Assembly (NCBI GenBank): GCA_963749075.1
Contig: CAVVLJ010000021.1
Span: 320,001-384,000, forward strand
From: an uncultured Pseudomonadota bacterium
Lineage (GTDB): Bacteria; Pseudomonadota; Alphaproteobacteria; JACZXZ01
DNA: 64,000 nucleotides
Direction: 5' to 3'
The notes under the pieces were generated by a model. That model was not told the origin of the DNA. It worked only from the letters and a program-made list of their open reading frames with translations, and did no database searches. Made by a program: the position numbers and the translations under genes. Shown here in pieces: positions 30,042 through 40,154 of the stretch (within the stretch, counting starts at the first letter, position 1; each line of letters starts with the position of its first letter).

Positions 30042-31169
30042 ATGACGGCATTCCGCGTCGCTCATTGCGCTGCCAGGAGCTGCGCCGAGGCGGCCAGGGC
30101 CTGCGTGGCCGAGCTCCTTGCGGCGGGTCCCTTGGCGGGGCCGGGGGCGGCGCTCGGCTTCGTCTATGCGAGCGACGCCTTCGCCGGCGAGTTCGCCAGC
30201 CTCGTGACCTACCTGCGCGGCGCCACCGGAGTCGAGCAATGGGTGGGCACGCTCGGCATGGGGGTGCTGGCGACCGGCAAGGAGTATTTCGACGAGCCGG
30301 CGCTCGCCGTCATGGTCGCGAGCCTGCCCGAGAGCTCGTTCCGCGTCTTCCCCACGGTCGCCGATTCGCTCAGCAGTTTTCGCGCCGCGAACGGCGCCTG
30401 GATCAAGGAGAAGCAGCCGGCCCTCGCGGTGGTGCACGGCGATCCGAGCAACCAGCGACTGGGCCAGGTGCTCGAGGGGCTGACCGAGGAGGCCTCGTGC
30501 TTCCTCGTGGGCGGGCTCACCTCCTCGCGCGGTGCCATGAGCCAGGTGGCGGGCCAGGTCACCGCGGGCGGCGTCAGCGGCGTGCTGTTCTCTTCCGAGC
30601 TGGCCCTCCTGACCGGCCTCAGCCAGGGCTGCGCGCCGATCGGCCCCATGCATACGATCACCGCCTGCAGCACCAACGTGCTCTTCGAGCTCGACGACAG
30701 GCCGGCCCTCGAGGTCTTCAAGGAGGACGCGCGCGCCCTCATCGAGCGGCATTCCGCCGCGGCTGCGAGCTCCATCCACGCGGCCCTCCCCATCCGCGGC
30801 AGCGACACCGGCGACTATCTCGTGCGCAACCTCGTGGGCGCCGATCCGGCGCGCGGCTGGCTCGCCATCGCCGGCGAGCCCGAGAGCGGCGATGAGGTCA
30901 TGTTCTGCCGCCGCGACGAGGCGAGTGCCAGGCACGATCTCGCGCACATGCTCGAGCGCCTCGCGGCGCGCGCCAAGGGAGCGGCGCGCGGTGCGGTCTA
31001 TTACAGCTGCGTCGCGCGCGGGCCGCATCTCTTCGGACCCGGCTCGGCCGAGCTCGGCCTGTTGCGCGACGCCCTGGGCGAGGTGCCGCTCGTCGGCTTC
31101 TTCTGCAACGGGGAGATTTCCAACGCGCGGCTTTATGGCTATACCGGCGTGCTTGCGCTATTTCTCTAG
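30042..31169 (+). CDS. FIST N/C domain signal-transduction protein
   Basis: LGFVYASD, EYFDEPA, SQGCAPIG, DYLVRNLVG, YYSCVARG, PLVGFFCNGEI...LYGYTGV. Confidence 0.9.
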   Translation: MTAFRVAHCAARSCAEAARACVAELLAAGPLAGPGAALGFVYASDAFAGEFASLVTYLRGATGVEQWVGTLGMGVLATGKEYFDEPALAVMVASLPESSFRVFPTVADSLSSFRAANGAWIKEKQPALAVVHGDPSNQRLGQVLEGLTEEASCFLVGGLTSSRGAMSQVAGQVTAGGVSGVLFSSELALLTGLSQGCAPIGPMHTITACSTNVLFELDDRPALEVFKEDARALIERHSAAAASSIHAALPIRGSDTGDYLVRNLVGADPARGWLAIAGEPESGDEVMFCRRDEASARHDLAHMLERLAARAKGAARGAVYYSCVARGPHLFGPGSAELGLLRDALGEVPLVGFFCNGEISNARLYGYTGVLALFL

Positions 31170-31217
31170 TGCAGGCGGGCTCTAGCGCCGGCGGGGAAAA
31201 GACGGGACCGGGGCATC

Positions 31218-31811
31218 ATGATCCGCCTGTTCGTCGGCCTCGAGTTGCCCGAGGACATGCGGCGACGCCTCGCCTTGCTCGGCGGCGGCGTGCCGGGCGC
31301 GCGCTGGGTCAGGCCCGAGAGCTATCACGTCACCGTGCGCTTCATCGGCGAGGTGGACGAGGGCCGCTTCGAGGACATCCACATGGCCCTCTCGCGCATC
31401 CAGGCGCCGAGCTTCGAGCTCATGCTCGACGGCGTCTCGACCTTCGGCAAGGCGAGCGCTCCCCATACCCTCTGGGCCGGCGTGCAGCGCGACGAGACGC
31501 TCAGCACACTCCACGCCAAGGTCGACCGCGCCCTCATCACCACCGGGCTCGAGCCGGAAAGCCGCAAATATTCGCCCCACGTGACCTTGGCGCGCCTCAA
31601 GGAGAGCTCGGTCAGGCGGCTTGGCGGCTTCGTCGCCGCCAACTCCCTCTTCCGCGCCGGGCCGGTGCGCGTCGGGCACTTCGTGCTGTTCTCGAGCTTC
31701 CTCTCGAGGAGCGGGGCGATCTATAAGCCGGAGGCGCATTACCCGCTCGGCGGCCCGCACGATCCGCCCGCCTCCCTGGCCCTCCCCCTCGAGGAGGGAG
31801 AGGAAAGCTGA
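31218..31811 (+). CDS. thpR: RNA 2',3'-cyclic phosphodiesterase
   Basis: MIRLFVG; two HxT motifs (YHVTVRFIG, PHVTLAR). Confidence 0.93.
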   Translation: MIRLFVGLELPEDMRRRLALLGGGVPGARWVRPESYHVTVRFIGEVDEGRFEDIHMALSRIQAPSFELMLDGVSTFGKASAPHTLWAGVQRDETLSTLHAKVDRALITTGLEPESRKYSPHVTLARLKESSVRRLGGFVAANSLFRAGPVRVGHFVLFSSFLSRSGAIYKPEAHYPLGGPHDPPASLALPLEEGEES

Positions 31812-31820
31812 GCGGTGCCG

Positions 31821-32999
31821 CTAAGGTGCCGGCGGCGCGTCCGCGTCGGGACCTCGCGGGAAATGCGCCTTGCCCATGTCCTCGACCGCGCGCACGACGC
31901 GCTCGGCGATGATGTCGAGGAGCGCCTCGTCGGGCGGATCCTCGTTGAGCGCCACCACGAGCGCCGTCTCGCTCGCGGGCTCGTAGAGCATTGCCACGTT
32001 GTAGCCGGGCGCCGAGCCCGTATGGCCGTAGAGCATGACGCCGGCATAGCGGAAGCGCTCGATGCCGAGCCCGTAGCCGCTGCCGGGGACGCTGTCCGCG
32101 CCGTCGGTGCCGACGAAGCTCAGCATCTCGCCGAGCCGCGCCTCAGACAGCACGCGTCCGCCGAGGAGCGCCCTCGCCCAGGCCATGAGGTCGGGCGCGT
32201 TCGACACCAGCGCCCCGTCGTCGCCGCCGAGCTCCGCGGGCTCGGCCGTGGCATCCTCGAGGCCGCCGCTGTCCGCCAGATCCGAATAGCCGTGCGCGAG
32301 GGCGCCCGCCGGCACCGCCTCCTCCTCCGCGAACCAGGTCCGCGTCAGGCCGAGGGGGGCGAGAAAGCGCTGGCGCATCTCCGCGAGCGGCGAATGGCCG
32401 AGCACCGCGGCGAGCGCCATGCGCAGGAGGAGGTAGTTGGTGTTGGAGTAGTCGAAGCGCTTGCCGGGCGTGAAGTCGAGCCGCTCGGGATGGGCAAAGG
32501 CGAGGAGCTCGCGCGGCGTCCAGCGCTTCTCCGGCTGGGCGCGCGCCGCCGCGATGAAGGCGTCGGTGATATAGTCGTCGTAGCCCGAGGTGTGGTCGAG
32601 GAGCTGGCGCAGGCTCACGCGCCCGGCATTGGGCACGTCGGGGAGGAAGCGGGCGAGCTTGTCGTCGAGCGCCAGCTTGCCCTCGTCGGCGAGCGTCAGC
32701 GTGAGGGCGGCAAGGAAGCTCTTGGCGATGCTGGCCGCCTTGAAGTCGCTCTCCGGCCGCATTGCTACGTGCGCGGCCATCTCGGCGAGCCCGGCGGCGG
32801 CGATCGCCGGCGCCTCGTCCTTATAGCCGACGGCGATCACGATGCCGCTCACGTCGTCCTCGGCCACGGCCTGGCGCGCGAGCTCGGCGAGCCGCGGGGC
32901 GAGATCGTCGGCAGCCGCACTCGCCCGGCCTTGGAGCCCAAGGACGAGGAGCAGCCCCGCTGCCAGAGAGCGCGCGAACAGTTGAGCCAAGCGGGGCAC
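31821..32999 (-). CDS. Exported serine hydrolase (D-Ala-D-Ala carboxypeptidase/beta-lactamase-like), start uncertain
   Basis: SxxK ASIAKS, LLDHTSG, YSNTNY, GHTG; signal peptide after GTG 32999. Confidence 0.88.
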   Translation of the reverse strand: MPRLAQLFARSLAAGLLLVLGLQGRASAAADDLAPRLAELARQAVAEDDVSGIVIAVGYKDEAPAIAAAGLAEMAAHVAMRPESDFKAASIAKSFLAALTLTLADEGKLALDDKLARFLPDVPNAGRVSLRQLLDHTSGYDDYITDAFIAAARAQPEKRWTPRELLAFAHPERLDFTPGKRFDYSNTNYLLLRMALAAVLGHSPLAEMRQRFLAPLGLTRTWFAEEEAVPAGALAHGYSDLADSGGLEDATAEPAELGGDDGALVSNAPDLMAWARALLGGRVLSEARLGEMLSFVGTDGADSVPGSGYGLGIERFRYAGVMLYGHTGSAPGYNVAMLYEPASETALVVALNEDPPDEALLDIIAERVVRAVEDMGKAHFPRGPDADAPPAP

Positions 33000-33264
33000 C
33001 TCGAGCGCGCCTGTCTCAAGGAAAGGCGCTGCGATATCATAGGGGAGTGCCGCAGGACTTGCCATGACCGCGCGCGGCCCCGGCGCTCTCCGGCGCTGCG
33101 CGCATTGCATGCGCAGCATGGCAATGTGCACTAAACGTGAACTCCGTCCTGGACCGTCCCTCAGGATTCGGCTAGAGTCGGGGCCGTCTCCCAAGATGCG
33201 CAATGACGCGATTCCGCGCGTCTATTAGCATGTGTTCTGCCACGTGACGGAGATCGAAGGGACC

Positions 33265-34402
33265 ATGCCGGGCGAGCGCGACGCGAAGGCACTCACGCAA
33301 GACTCCGTTCTTGCTCCTGGTGCCGCCGTGCGCCGCCGGGAGCCGAGCTACGCCATGGCCGGCGTGCGCTCGGCCACGCTCGACGACGCCCAGTTCGCGG
33401 AGACGAAGGACGGCTACGAGCGGGCGGAGATGTTCCAGCTGGCCTTGCGCGCGACGCTGCGCGAGACCGAGATTTCGCTCATCGACGGCAGCCGCGGCAA
33501 CGACGCCTTCAGGGTCGGCTACTACCGCCGGATCGCGGGTCTGCTCAGGACGAGAACGGTGAGCGGCACCGTCCTCCTGAGGGACAAGCAGGACCTCGCG
33601 GCGGAACTCTGCCGCGCCTGCTGGGCCTTGTACGACGTCGAGCGCTTCGAGGTGGCCAAGCTCAAGCTGGCGAACTACCGCAAGTCGGACGGCATCTGGG
33701 CCACGCTGATCAGGCGGGCGTCCGGCCGGCCCCTCCTGATGATCGGCGTGCCGGAAAGAACGCGGGAAATCCTCCCTCTCGCGGCCGATTACCAGACCTT
33801 CCTCAAGAAGCTGGGCAAGTTCACGCGGCGCAACGTGCGCAAGGCGCGCGAGCGCGCCCAAGCCTCGGCAATCCGCTTCGCGCCCGTGAGCGGGCATCTG
33901 CCGGGCCGGGTGCTCGAGGAGATCATGGCACTCTGCCGGCACAACGGCCCGCGGGTCGTGCCCGAGAACGAGATCCGCGAGTGGGAGCGCAGAACTCTCT
34001 CGGCAGAACAACCACTTCTACTCCATTCTGACGGCCGCAGACGGGGAGATATTCAGCATTTGCCGCGGCTTTATCTGGGGCAAGAGCGCCATCATCCCCT
34101 ATCAGCTCAACCACCGCGGGCATTACGACAAGAACCCCTCCCTGCTGCATCGCGCCTTTCTTGCCGAGTGGCTGATGGAGCGAGGCGTGCGCGAGATGAT
34201 CTTTCCGCACGGCTGCGCGGGGCTGCTCAAGAACGTCTGCGCTCCCGATCTCGCCTCGTCGGTCGTGGTCTTCCCCTTGACCGTCACGGGTTTCGTCAAG
34301 GCGCTCGTCTCCTTGTTCGCGCGCGGGGGGGCCTTGCTGGGATTTATCGGCACGCTGTTGCCCGGGCGGCTGCGCAAGCGGCTCGGGATGCACGAGTTGT
34401 GA
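33265..34402 (+). CDS. GNAT/FemAB-like (Acetyltransf_6) protein, +1 frameshift at ~33999
   Basis: YQTFLKKLGKFTRRNVRKARERA helix typical of CelD/Fem-like GNATs. After removing one base the frame continues NHFYSILTAADGEIFSICRG...YQLNHRGHYDKNPSLLHRAFLAEWLMERGVREMIF and joins ORF 34175..34402. Confidence 0.65.
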
Positions 34403-34421
34403 GGGACGCGCACCCGACGCC

Positions 34422-35642
34422 ATGAGCCGCGAGCGGGCGGCGGGAACGCATCACGAGGGAGAGTTGCCGACCATGCAGCCTTGGACCGAGATGGAGCTCG
34501 TTCCTGCAGCGCGCTTTCCGGACCGCCTCGACGCGCTGAGCCGGGAGGGCCGGCCGGCGGTGGTGACCGGGCTCCTCGACGGGCAGCCGTCTTCCGCGCT
34601 GCTCTCGCGCGAGAAGGTGCGCGAGCTTCTCGGCTCGGCGCCCATGACCATGGGGCGCAATTACCTCGATTTCAGGCGCCACGAGATCCTCGATTTCCTC
34701 TCCGGCAGGAAGCGCCCGCTCGAGTCGGAGGAGACCACCCTCGCCGCCTATCTCGATCTCGCCGAGCGGGCGCCCGAGGCGCGCCGGTTCTATGCCGAAG
34801 GGCCGGTGCCGGTGAGCTTCCTCGCCTTGATGGATCTGCGCTCGATCGGTCTCACGCGTCTCATCGGGGGCTACGTCGAGCGCACCGAGCCGCGGCGGCG
34901 CGACACGGCCTATACCCAGATTTTCGCGGGCAACGCCGGCAACGCCGCCGACCTGCACACCGATTGGGACGGCCACGACGTGCTGCTCTACCAGGGCTTC
35001 GGGCACAAGCACGTGACCCTCTTCCCGCCGGCGGCCGCCCCGCACTTCCACTCCATCGGCTGGTTCAGCACCGTACGGCTGTCCGACATGCCGCAGCCGG
35101 CGCGGCGCGACTTCGTGCGCTATGCCGGCGGGGTCGAGCACATGCTCCAGCCGGGCGAGGCCGTCTTCATGCCGGCCTTCTGCTGGCACCATCTCGAGTA
35201 TGTCGATCTCGCCATCTCCATCGCCATCCGCTTCTACGGCATCCAGGACGCGGACGTGCTGTTCCCGATCGACCGCATGCACAAGGACCTCTATCTGCAG
35301 AACCTGATGGCCGCCTCGCTCGACCCGGCCAAGGCGGCGGCGGTGCGCGCCGCGATGCTCGAGATCAGGGCGGCGTTCGAGCGCTCCTACCCAAGCGCGC
35401 GCGTGAAGTACCGGGCCATGCGCGCCTTGGCCCGGGAGAAGTGCCTGGCGCTCGGGCTGTTCGACGGCGCCTTCGCGCGCGAGACCTGGCTCGAGTTCGA
35501 GGATCTGCTCGACGGCATCGAATGCACGCCCTATCAGGAGCTGATCGGCGGCTCCCCCTTGAGGCGCTGGTGGTGGCATACGCGGGAGCGGGCGCGCAGC
35601 CTCGTGCGGCGCTCGGCCAACCGCGTGGCCAATTGGGCCTGA
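34422..35642 (+). CDS. JmjC/cupin-like Fe(II)/2-oxoglutarate oxygenase 1 (start 34422 or 34473)
   Basis: GRPAVVTG; HxD in DLHTDWD; VLLYQGFGHKHVTLFPP; LQPGEAVFMPAFCWHHLEY. Confidence 0.88.
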   Translation: MSRERAAGTHHEGELPTMQPWTEMELVPAARFPDRLDALSREGRPAVVTGLLDGQPSSALLSREKVRELLGSAPMTMGRNYLDFRRHEILDFLSGRKRPLESEETTLAAYLDLAERAPEARRFYAEGPVPVSFLALMDLRSIGLTRLIGGYVERTEPRRRDTAYTQIFAGNAGNAADLHTDWDGHDVLLYQGFGHKHVTLFPPAAAPHFHSIGWFSTVRLSDMPQPARRDFVRYAGGVEHMLQPGEAVFMPAFCWHHLEYVDLAISIAIRFYGIQDADVLFPIDRMHKDLYLQNLMAASLDPAKAAAVRAAMLEIRAAFERSYPSARVKYRAMRALAREKCLALGLFDGAFARETWLEFEDLLDGIECTPYQELIGGSPLRRWWWHTRERARSLVRRSANRVANWA

Positions 35643-35668
35643 GCGTCCTCCGCCCGGCCGCCGCCGTC

Positions 35669-35709
35669 GATAACCAAGTCTTTACGCTTGGATAACCAAA
35701 TTTTTACGC
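35669..35709 (+). promoter_or_regulatory. Tandem AT-rich direct repeat, putative regulator site
   Basis: GATAACCAAGTCTTTACGC (35669) and GATAACCAAATTTTTACGC (35691): 17/19 identical, period 22 bp. Confidence 0.6.
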
Positions 35710-35840
35710 CTGCCCATTAACATGCGCGGAAGCCGAGGTGCGGCGGTGCCGAGACGGCCCCGGGAGGGACCGGGAGCCGCCATCCATCGAGCGGCCGCCG
35801 CGCGCCGGCAAAACCGGTCTCCTATGGGGTGGGCCTTGTC

Positions 35841-37100
35841 ATGACTGCCGATCAATTGTTCATGGACTACCGGACCGCGCCGCGGTCCGGGGCGAAGCGC
35901 GATGCGCGCCGCGGCGAGAGGTCCGCGTCGCCGCCGGCGGCGATCCCGATACTCTCCGCCAAGCGCTTTGCCGAGATGCGCGAGGAGCTCGTCATGCGCG
36001 GCCAAGCCGCGGTGGTGACCGGGCTCTTCGACGGACAGCCGGTCGCCGCCCTTGCCTCGCTCGACAAGACGCGCGCGCTCATCGGCGCGGCGCCCGTGCT
36101 GATGAGCCGCAACTACGCCGATGCGAAGCTCGACCACATCGTCAAATTCACCCAGGGCCGCAAGCCGAAGGCCGCCATCCCGCGAGAGCCGACCAGCCTT
36201 GGCGCCTATCTCGACCTGGCGCTGCGCGAGCCCGGCACGCGATGGATCGTCGCCGAGCAGCCGGTGCCGGATGCCGTTCTGGCCATGGCCGATCTCCGCT
36301 CGCTCGGCATCGGACGGATCGCCGGCGGCTATGCCGATTGCAGCGCCGCCCACGCGCGGGACCAGGCCCAGGCCCTCCTCTTCGTCGCCAATGCCGGCAA
36401 CGCGTCCGACGTGCACTGCGATTGGGACAGCCGGGACGTGCTGCTCTATCAGGGCTTCGGGCGCAAGCGGGTCACCGTCTTCCCCGCGGCGGCGGCACCC
36501 CTCCTCTACCCCTACGACGTCTACGGCACGCTCAAGCTGAGCGCCATGCCGGAGCCGGTGCGGCGCGCGCTGCTGCTGCGGGCCGGCGGCGTCGAGCATA
36601 TCCTCGAGCCCGGCGAGACGATGTTCATGCCTGCTTTCGTCTGGCATCACATCGAGTACCTGGACCTGGCACTCTCGGTGAGCTTCCGCTTCGCCGGCAT
36701 CGAGGACGAGGACGCACTCTTCCTCGTGCACCATCTTCACCGCGACCACTATGTGCAGAACCTGCTGGCCGCCTCGCGCGATCCGCAGAAGGCCGCTGCC
36801 TGCCGCACCGCGATCCTCGACATCCGCGAGGCCTTCGAAGAGCCCTACGCGAGCGCCCGGGCCAAATACAGGGTGCTCAGGGCGCGCGTCCGGGCGCGCT
36901 GCGAGGCGCTCGGCCTCATCTATCAGCGCTATCCCCGGCAATCCTGGATCGAGTTCGACGAGCTGATCGACGGCATGCAGTGCAGCTCCTACCATACTCT
37001 CCCGGCAGGCTCGCCGCTCAAGCGCTGGTTCTGGCACAGCCGCGAGCGCGTGCGCAGCCTGACCCGCCGCCTCGCCAATCGGGTGGCTTACTGGGCGTGA
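35841..37100 (+). CDS. JmjC/cupin-like Fe(II)/2-oxoglutarate oxygenase 2 (paralogue of 1)
   Basis: DVHCDWD; VLLYQGFGRKRVTVFP; LEPGETMFMPAFVWHHIEY; colinear C-terminal extension ending RERVRSL.RRLANRVAYWA. Confidence 0.88.
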   Translation: MTADQLFMDYRTAPRSGAKRDARRGERSASPPAAIPILSAKRFAEMREELVMRGQAAVVTGLFDGQPVAALASLDKTRALIGAAPVLMSRNYADAKLDHIVKFTQGRKPKAAIPREPTSLGAYLDLALREPGTRWIVAEQPVPDAVLAMADLRSLGIGRIAGGYADCSAAHARDQAQALLFVANAGNASDVHCDWDSRDVLLYQGFGRKRVTVFPAAAAPLLYPYDVYGTLKLSAMPEPVRRALLLRAGGVEHILEPGETMFMPAFVWHHIEYLDLALSVSFRFAGIEDEDALFLVHHLHRDHYVQNLLAASRDPQKAAACRTAILDIREAFEEPYASARAKYRVLRARVRARCEALGLIYQRYPRQSWIEFDELIDGMQCSSYHTLPAGSPLKRWFWHSRERVRSLTRRLANRVAYWA

Positions 37101-37216
37101 CGATGCCGCTCGCGCGTCTCGCCCGGCGTCGCGGGTTGACGCCGGCGAATCCGCGCTGCTATGAGTCGATTCCATCGGCGCTGCGGCGGCACCGTGAGGC
37201 GGGCCGAGAGACTAAC

Positions 37217-38041
37217 ATGCGTCAATTCATCATTGCTTCGATAACGCTTGCGGTCTTGATGCTTGCGGCCGGGACGCCGCCGCTCCGGGCGGACGAGGTC
37301 GCGTGCAAGCCGAGCGGCCACCACCCCTCGACGACCGGCGTGGTCCTGCTGCACGGCGCCTTGGATCCGTCGAACCTGATCATGCCGCTGCGCAACAAGA
37401 TGGCAGCTGCCGGCTTCCGCGTGGCGATGCCCGAGATGCCGTGGTCGGAAACCCGCGAATACAATCGCACCTACCAGCAGGCGATGGACGAGATCACCGC
37501 CGCCGCGGCGCCGCTCAGGCAGAAGGGCGCCGCGCGCATCGTGGTGGGCGGCTTCAGCTACGGCTCCAATGCGGCCGTCGGCTACGCGGCGCTGCGCGGC
37601 GGCGTGGCCGGCGTGATGGTGATCTCGCCCGGCCTCTTGCCGGACGACCCGGGCTTTTTCAAGATCATCGAGCCCGGCGTCGCCAAGGCGCGCCAAATGG
37701 TGGAGGCCGGCCTGGGCGACAAGTTCGACATCTTCAAGGACGTGGCCCAATGGCACGGCTCGACCGCGGGCGCCTATACCACGGCGAAGAACTATCTCAG
37801 CTACTTCGATCCCATGGGCGACGCGGTCATCCCCAAGAACATCATGCGCGTGGGGCCTGGCATCCCGCTGCTCTGGATCATCGGCAAGGACGACCCGGAG
37901 TCCATGGCGCTCGGCCGCGCTTACGCCTTCGACAAGGCGAAGCCGAACCCGCTCAGCCGCTATCTCGTGGTGCCCGGCGGCCACATCAATACGCCGGCCA
38001 CGGGCGCCAACGCCGTGGTCGCGTGGCTCAAATGCCTCTGA
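37217..38041 (+). CDS. Exported alpha/beta hydrolase (esterase-like)
   Basis: Signal peptide; GVVLLHG; nucleophile GFSYG; IIGKDD; PGGH. Confidence 0.85.
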   Translation: MRQFIIASITLAVLMLAAGTPPLRADEVACKPSGHHPSTTGVVLLHGALDPSNLIMPLRNKMAAAGFRVAMPEMPWSETREYNRTYQQAMDEITAAAAPLRQKGAARIVVGGFSYGSNAAVGYAALRGGVAGVMVISPGLLPDDPGFFKIIEPGVAKARQMVEAGLGDKFDIFKDVAQWHGSTAGAYTTAKNYLSYFDPMGDAVIPKNIMRVGPGIPLLWIIGKDDPESMALGRAYAFDKAKPNPLSRYLVVPGGHINTPATGANAVVAWLKCL

Positions 38042-38125
38042 CGGCGGCGGGCGCGGCCGTCCTCCGCCCGCGCCGCCACGAAGAGGCCGGCCGCTTGACC
38101 AGCATCGCATCGAGGTGACGGAGCC

Positions 38126-38536
38126 ATGGCTGAGAGCCTTCCAACGGACGGCAAGGTCGACTTCCTGATCTGCAACCAGGTCAGACACGACTCCGACGAG
38201 ACGCTGTCCCTCTCCCAGCTGTCGCTTCTCGGTTACTTTGCCGGAGCGGAGATCAGCGTAGACCGCGCGGCGAAATTTCCCGTCAACTTTCCCCTCGGCG
38301 TGCTGTTCGTCCTGAAGGACGGCGAGGGATCCTACGCCGCCGAATTCAGGGTCGTGAACCCCGGCGGCGTACAGATCGTCACCCACCCGCTCCCCACGAT
38401 CGTCAAGGAGCCGAACAAGCACCACACGATCTTCCTCAACGCGGACAGCTTTGTCGCGGAGCTGCCGGGACGTTACACCGCGGTGCTCACCTTGGGCGGC
38501 CGCACCTACATCAGGCATTTCGCCGTCAGGCAATAG
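38126..38536 (+). CDS. Hypothetical beta-rich protein (DUF6941-like)
   Basis: GGAG RBS; FLICNQVR...LSLLGYF...PGRYTAVL pattern; coding-like codon usage. Confidence 0.65.
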   Translation: MAESLPTDGKVDFLICNQVRHDSDETLSLSQLSLLGYFAGAEISVDRAAKFPVNFPLGVLFVLKDGEGSYAAEFRVVNPGGVQIVTHPLPTIVKEPNKHHTIFLNADSFVAELPGRYTAVLTLGGRTYIRHFAVRQ

Positions 38537-38566
38537 AGGCGGACGGCTTGCGCGCTCGGCACCCGC

Positions 38567-39739
38567 TCAGCCGGCGCCGGGCCGCTGGGGAGCCGCCATC
38601 CCGAGAGCCCTCTTGATCTCCCGCCGCCAGGCGGGCGGCACGAGCCCGGTCAGCCGGCGCCGCGCCGCCCTGGCCGCGGCGACGGACTTGCGCCACAGAA
38701 CATAGGCGGCGCCGAGCGGCGAGTTGGCGATCTCGCAGCTCACCGCCTCGCCGTCGCGGTTGGTCCAGGTGCGCTTATAGGGGTGGCTGCCCATGCGGAA
38801 GTCGACGGCGAGGCCCTGCTCGAACGCCCATTTCAGGCAATATTCCAGGAGCACCTGGCCGGGCGAGTATTTGTTGTAGGCAACGTCGAAGGCGCCGACC
38901 TGCCCCTCCATGCGCACCTTGTCGACGCCGCAGATCTGGCTGGCGATGAGGCGGCCGTCGAGCTTCATCGCCATGACGGCGAAGGCGCCCGCGGGCGCTC
39001 CGCGGGAGAGCATGGCGGCGAGGAAATTCTCCATCTCCCGCGAGGCGAGCCATGAGACCCGCTCCTTGAGGCGCACCAGCCAGTCGCGCTTCTGGCTGAC
39101 CGTCCATCTGAGGATTTCCTCACGCGCGGCGCCGTCCGTCACCACCTCGAAGGTGAGCTTGCCGAGCTCGCCCAGGCGCCGGCGCTTGCGCGCGAGCTCG
39201 CTGCGGAAGTCGCGGCTGAGCGAGCGCATGTAGCTCTCCCAATCGCGGTATCCTTCGGGGGAGAGCCAGGGCGAGGGTTCCGAGCGGAGGGTCGAGGGCG
39301 CGCGCGTCGCGGCAAGCGCGCGGTAGAGCCGGGACTCGGTGCGGATGTTGGGGAGGGCGATGACATCCGCGCGCGAGCTCTCGCGGAGCCGGCGCCAGGC
39401 CGCCTCCACGCGGCGCTCGGCGTCCGGGCCGTCCTCGACGAGGACGTCGCTGTATTCCGTCGTCTCCCAGCCGATCTGGGCGGCAAAGGAGCAGAGCGCG
39501 CGCCGCTCGAGCGCGAGCGGCCAGACCAGCACGATGCGGCCCGCTCGGCGCATCACCAGGCAATGGAGCCGCCGCCCGCGAGGTGCCGCCAGGATTTCCC
39601 ACGCGGCGCTGCACCAGGGAAAGCTTTGCGAGAGGCGATAGCCGCTCGCGCGCGTCAGAAGCGCATTCCAATCCTCTTCCAGAGCGGCGAAGGCCCGCGC
39701 GTCGCGCACGATCTCGAAGGACTCGGACTGGGAAGCCAT
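38567..39739 (-). CDS. GNAT family acetyltransferase, CelD/BcsL type
   Basis: LEEDWNAL, EYSDVLV, SRDFRSELARKRRRL, YNKYSPGQVL, DFRMG..PYK..W. Confidence 0.88.
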   Translation of the reverse strand: MASQSESFEIVRDARAFAALEEDWNALLTRASGYRLSQSFPWCSAAWEILAAPRGRRLHCLVMRRAGRIVLVWPLALERRALCSFAAQIGWETTEYSDVLVEDGPDAERRVEAAWRRLRESSRADVIALPNIRTESRLYRALAATRAPSTLRSEPSPWLSPEGYRDWESYMRSLSRDFRSELARKRRRLGELGKLTFEVVTDGAAREEILRWTVSQKRDWLVRLKERVSWLASREMENFLAAMLSRGAPAGAFAVMAMKLDGRLIASQICGVDKVRMEGQVGAFDVAYNKYSPGQVLLEYCLKWAFEQGLAVDFRMGSHPYKRTWTNRDGEAVSCEIANSPLGAAYVLWRKSVAAARAARRRLTGLVPPAWRREIKRALGMAAPQRPGAG

Positions 39740-39761
39740 GTGAGCCTGGTCTTTCCGCCGC

Positions 39762-40154
39762 TCATTTCTCGAGGTGCGCCATGTCGTCGTCGCTCAGGCC
39801 GAAATAATGGCCGATCTCGTGGATGAGCACGTGGCGCACGAGCTCGAAGAGGTCCTCGCCGGTCTCGCACCAATAGTCGAGGATGGGGCGGCGGTAGAGG
39901 AAGATCATGTCGGGGCCGCGCGGCGGGTAGGCGACGCTCTTGTGGGCAAGCGAGATGCCGCGGTAAAGGCCGAGGATGTCGTACGGGCTCTCGAGCTGCA
40001 TCGCCTTCTCGGTCTCCTCGTCCGGGAACTCGTCGACGCGGATGACGACGTTGCGCACGTGGCGCCTGAGCTTCGCCGGCACGCTCTCGAGCGCCTTGCG
40101 CCCGATCGCCTCGAGATCGTCGAGGCTGGGCGGCGTCGTGAAGGCGGCGCTCAT
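39762..40154 (-). CDS. Zincin-like metallopeptidase (Zincin_1)
   Basis: LGLYRG, IFLYRRPILDYW, HVLIHEIGHYFG. Confidence 0.9.
   Translation of the reverse strand: MSAAFTTPPSLDDLEAIGRKALESVPAKLRRHVRNVVIRVDEFPDEETEKAMQLESPYDILGLYRGISLAHKSVAYPPRGPDMIFLYRRPILDYWCETGEDLFELVRHVLIHEIGHYFGLSDDDMAHLEK

Noticed and set aside
33000-38600. JmjC pair as RiPP maturases
   Set aside because: I found no convincing short precursor ORF, RRE domain or peptide exporter in the adjacent intergenic regions; not excluded if the precursor is distant.
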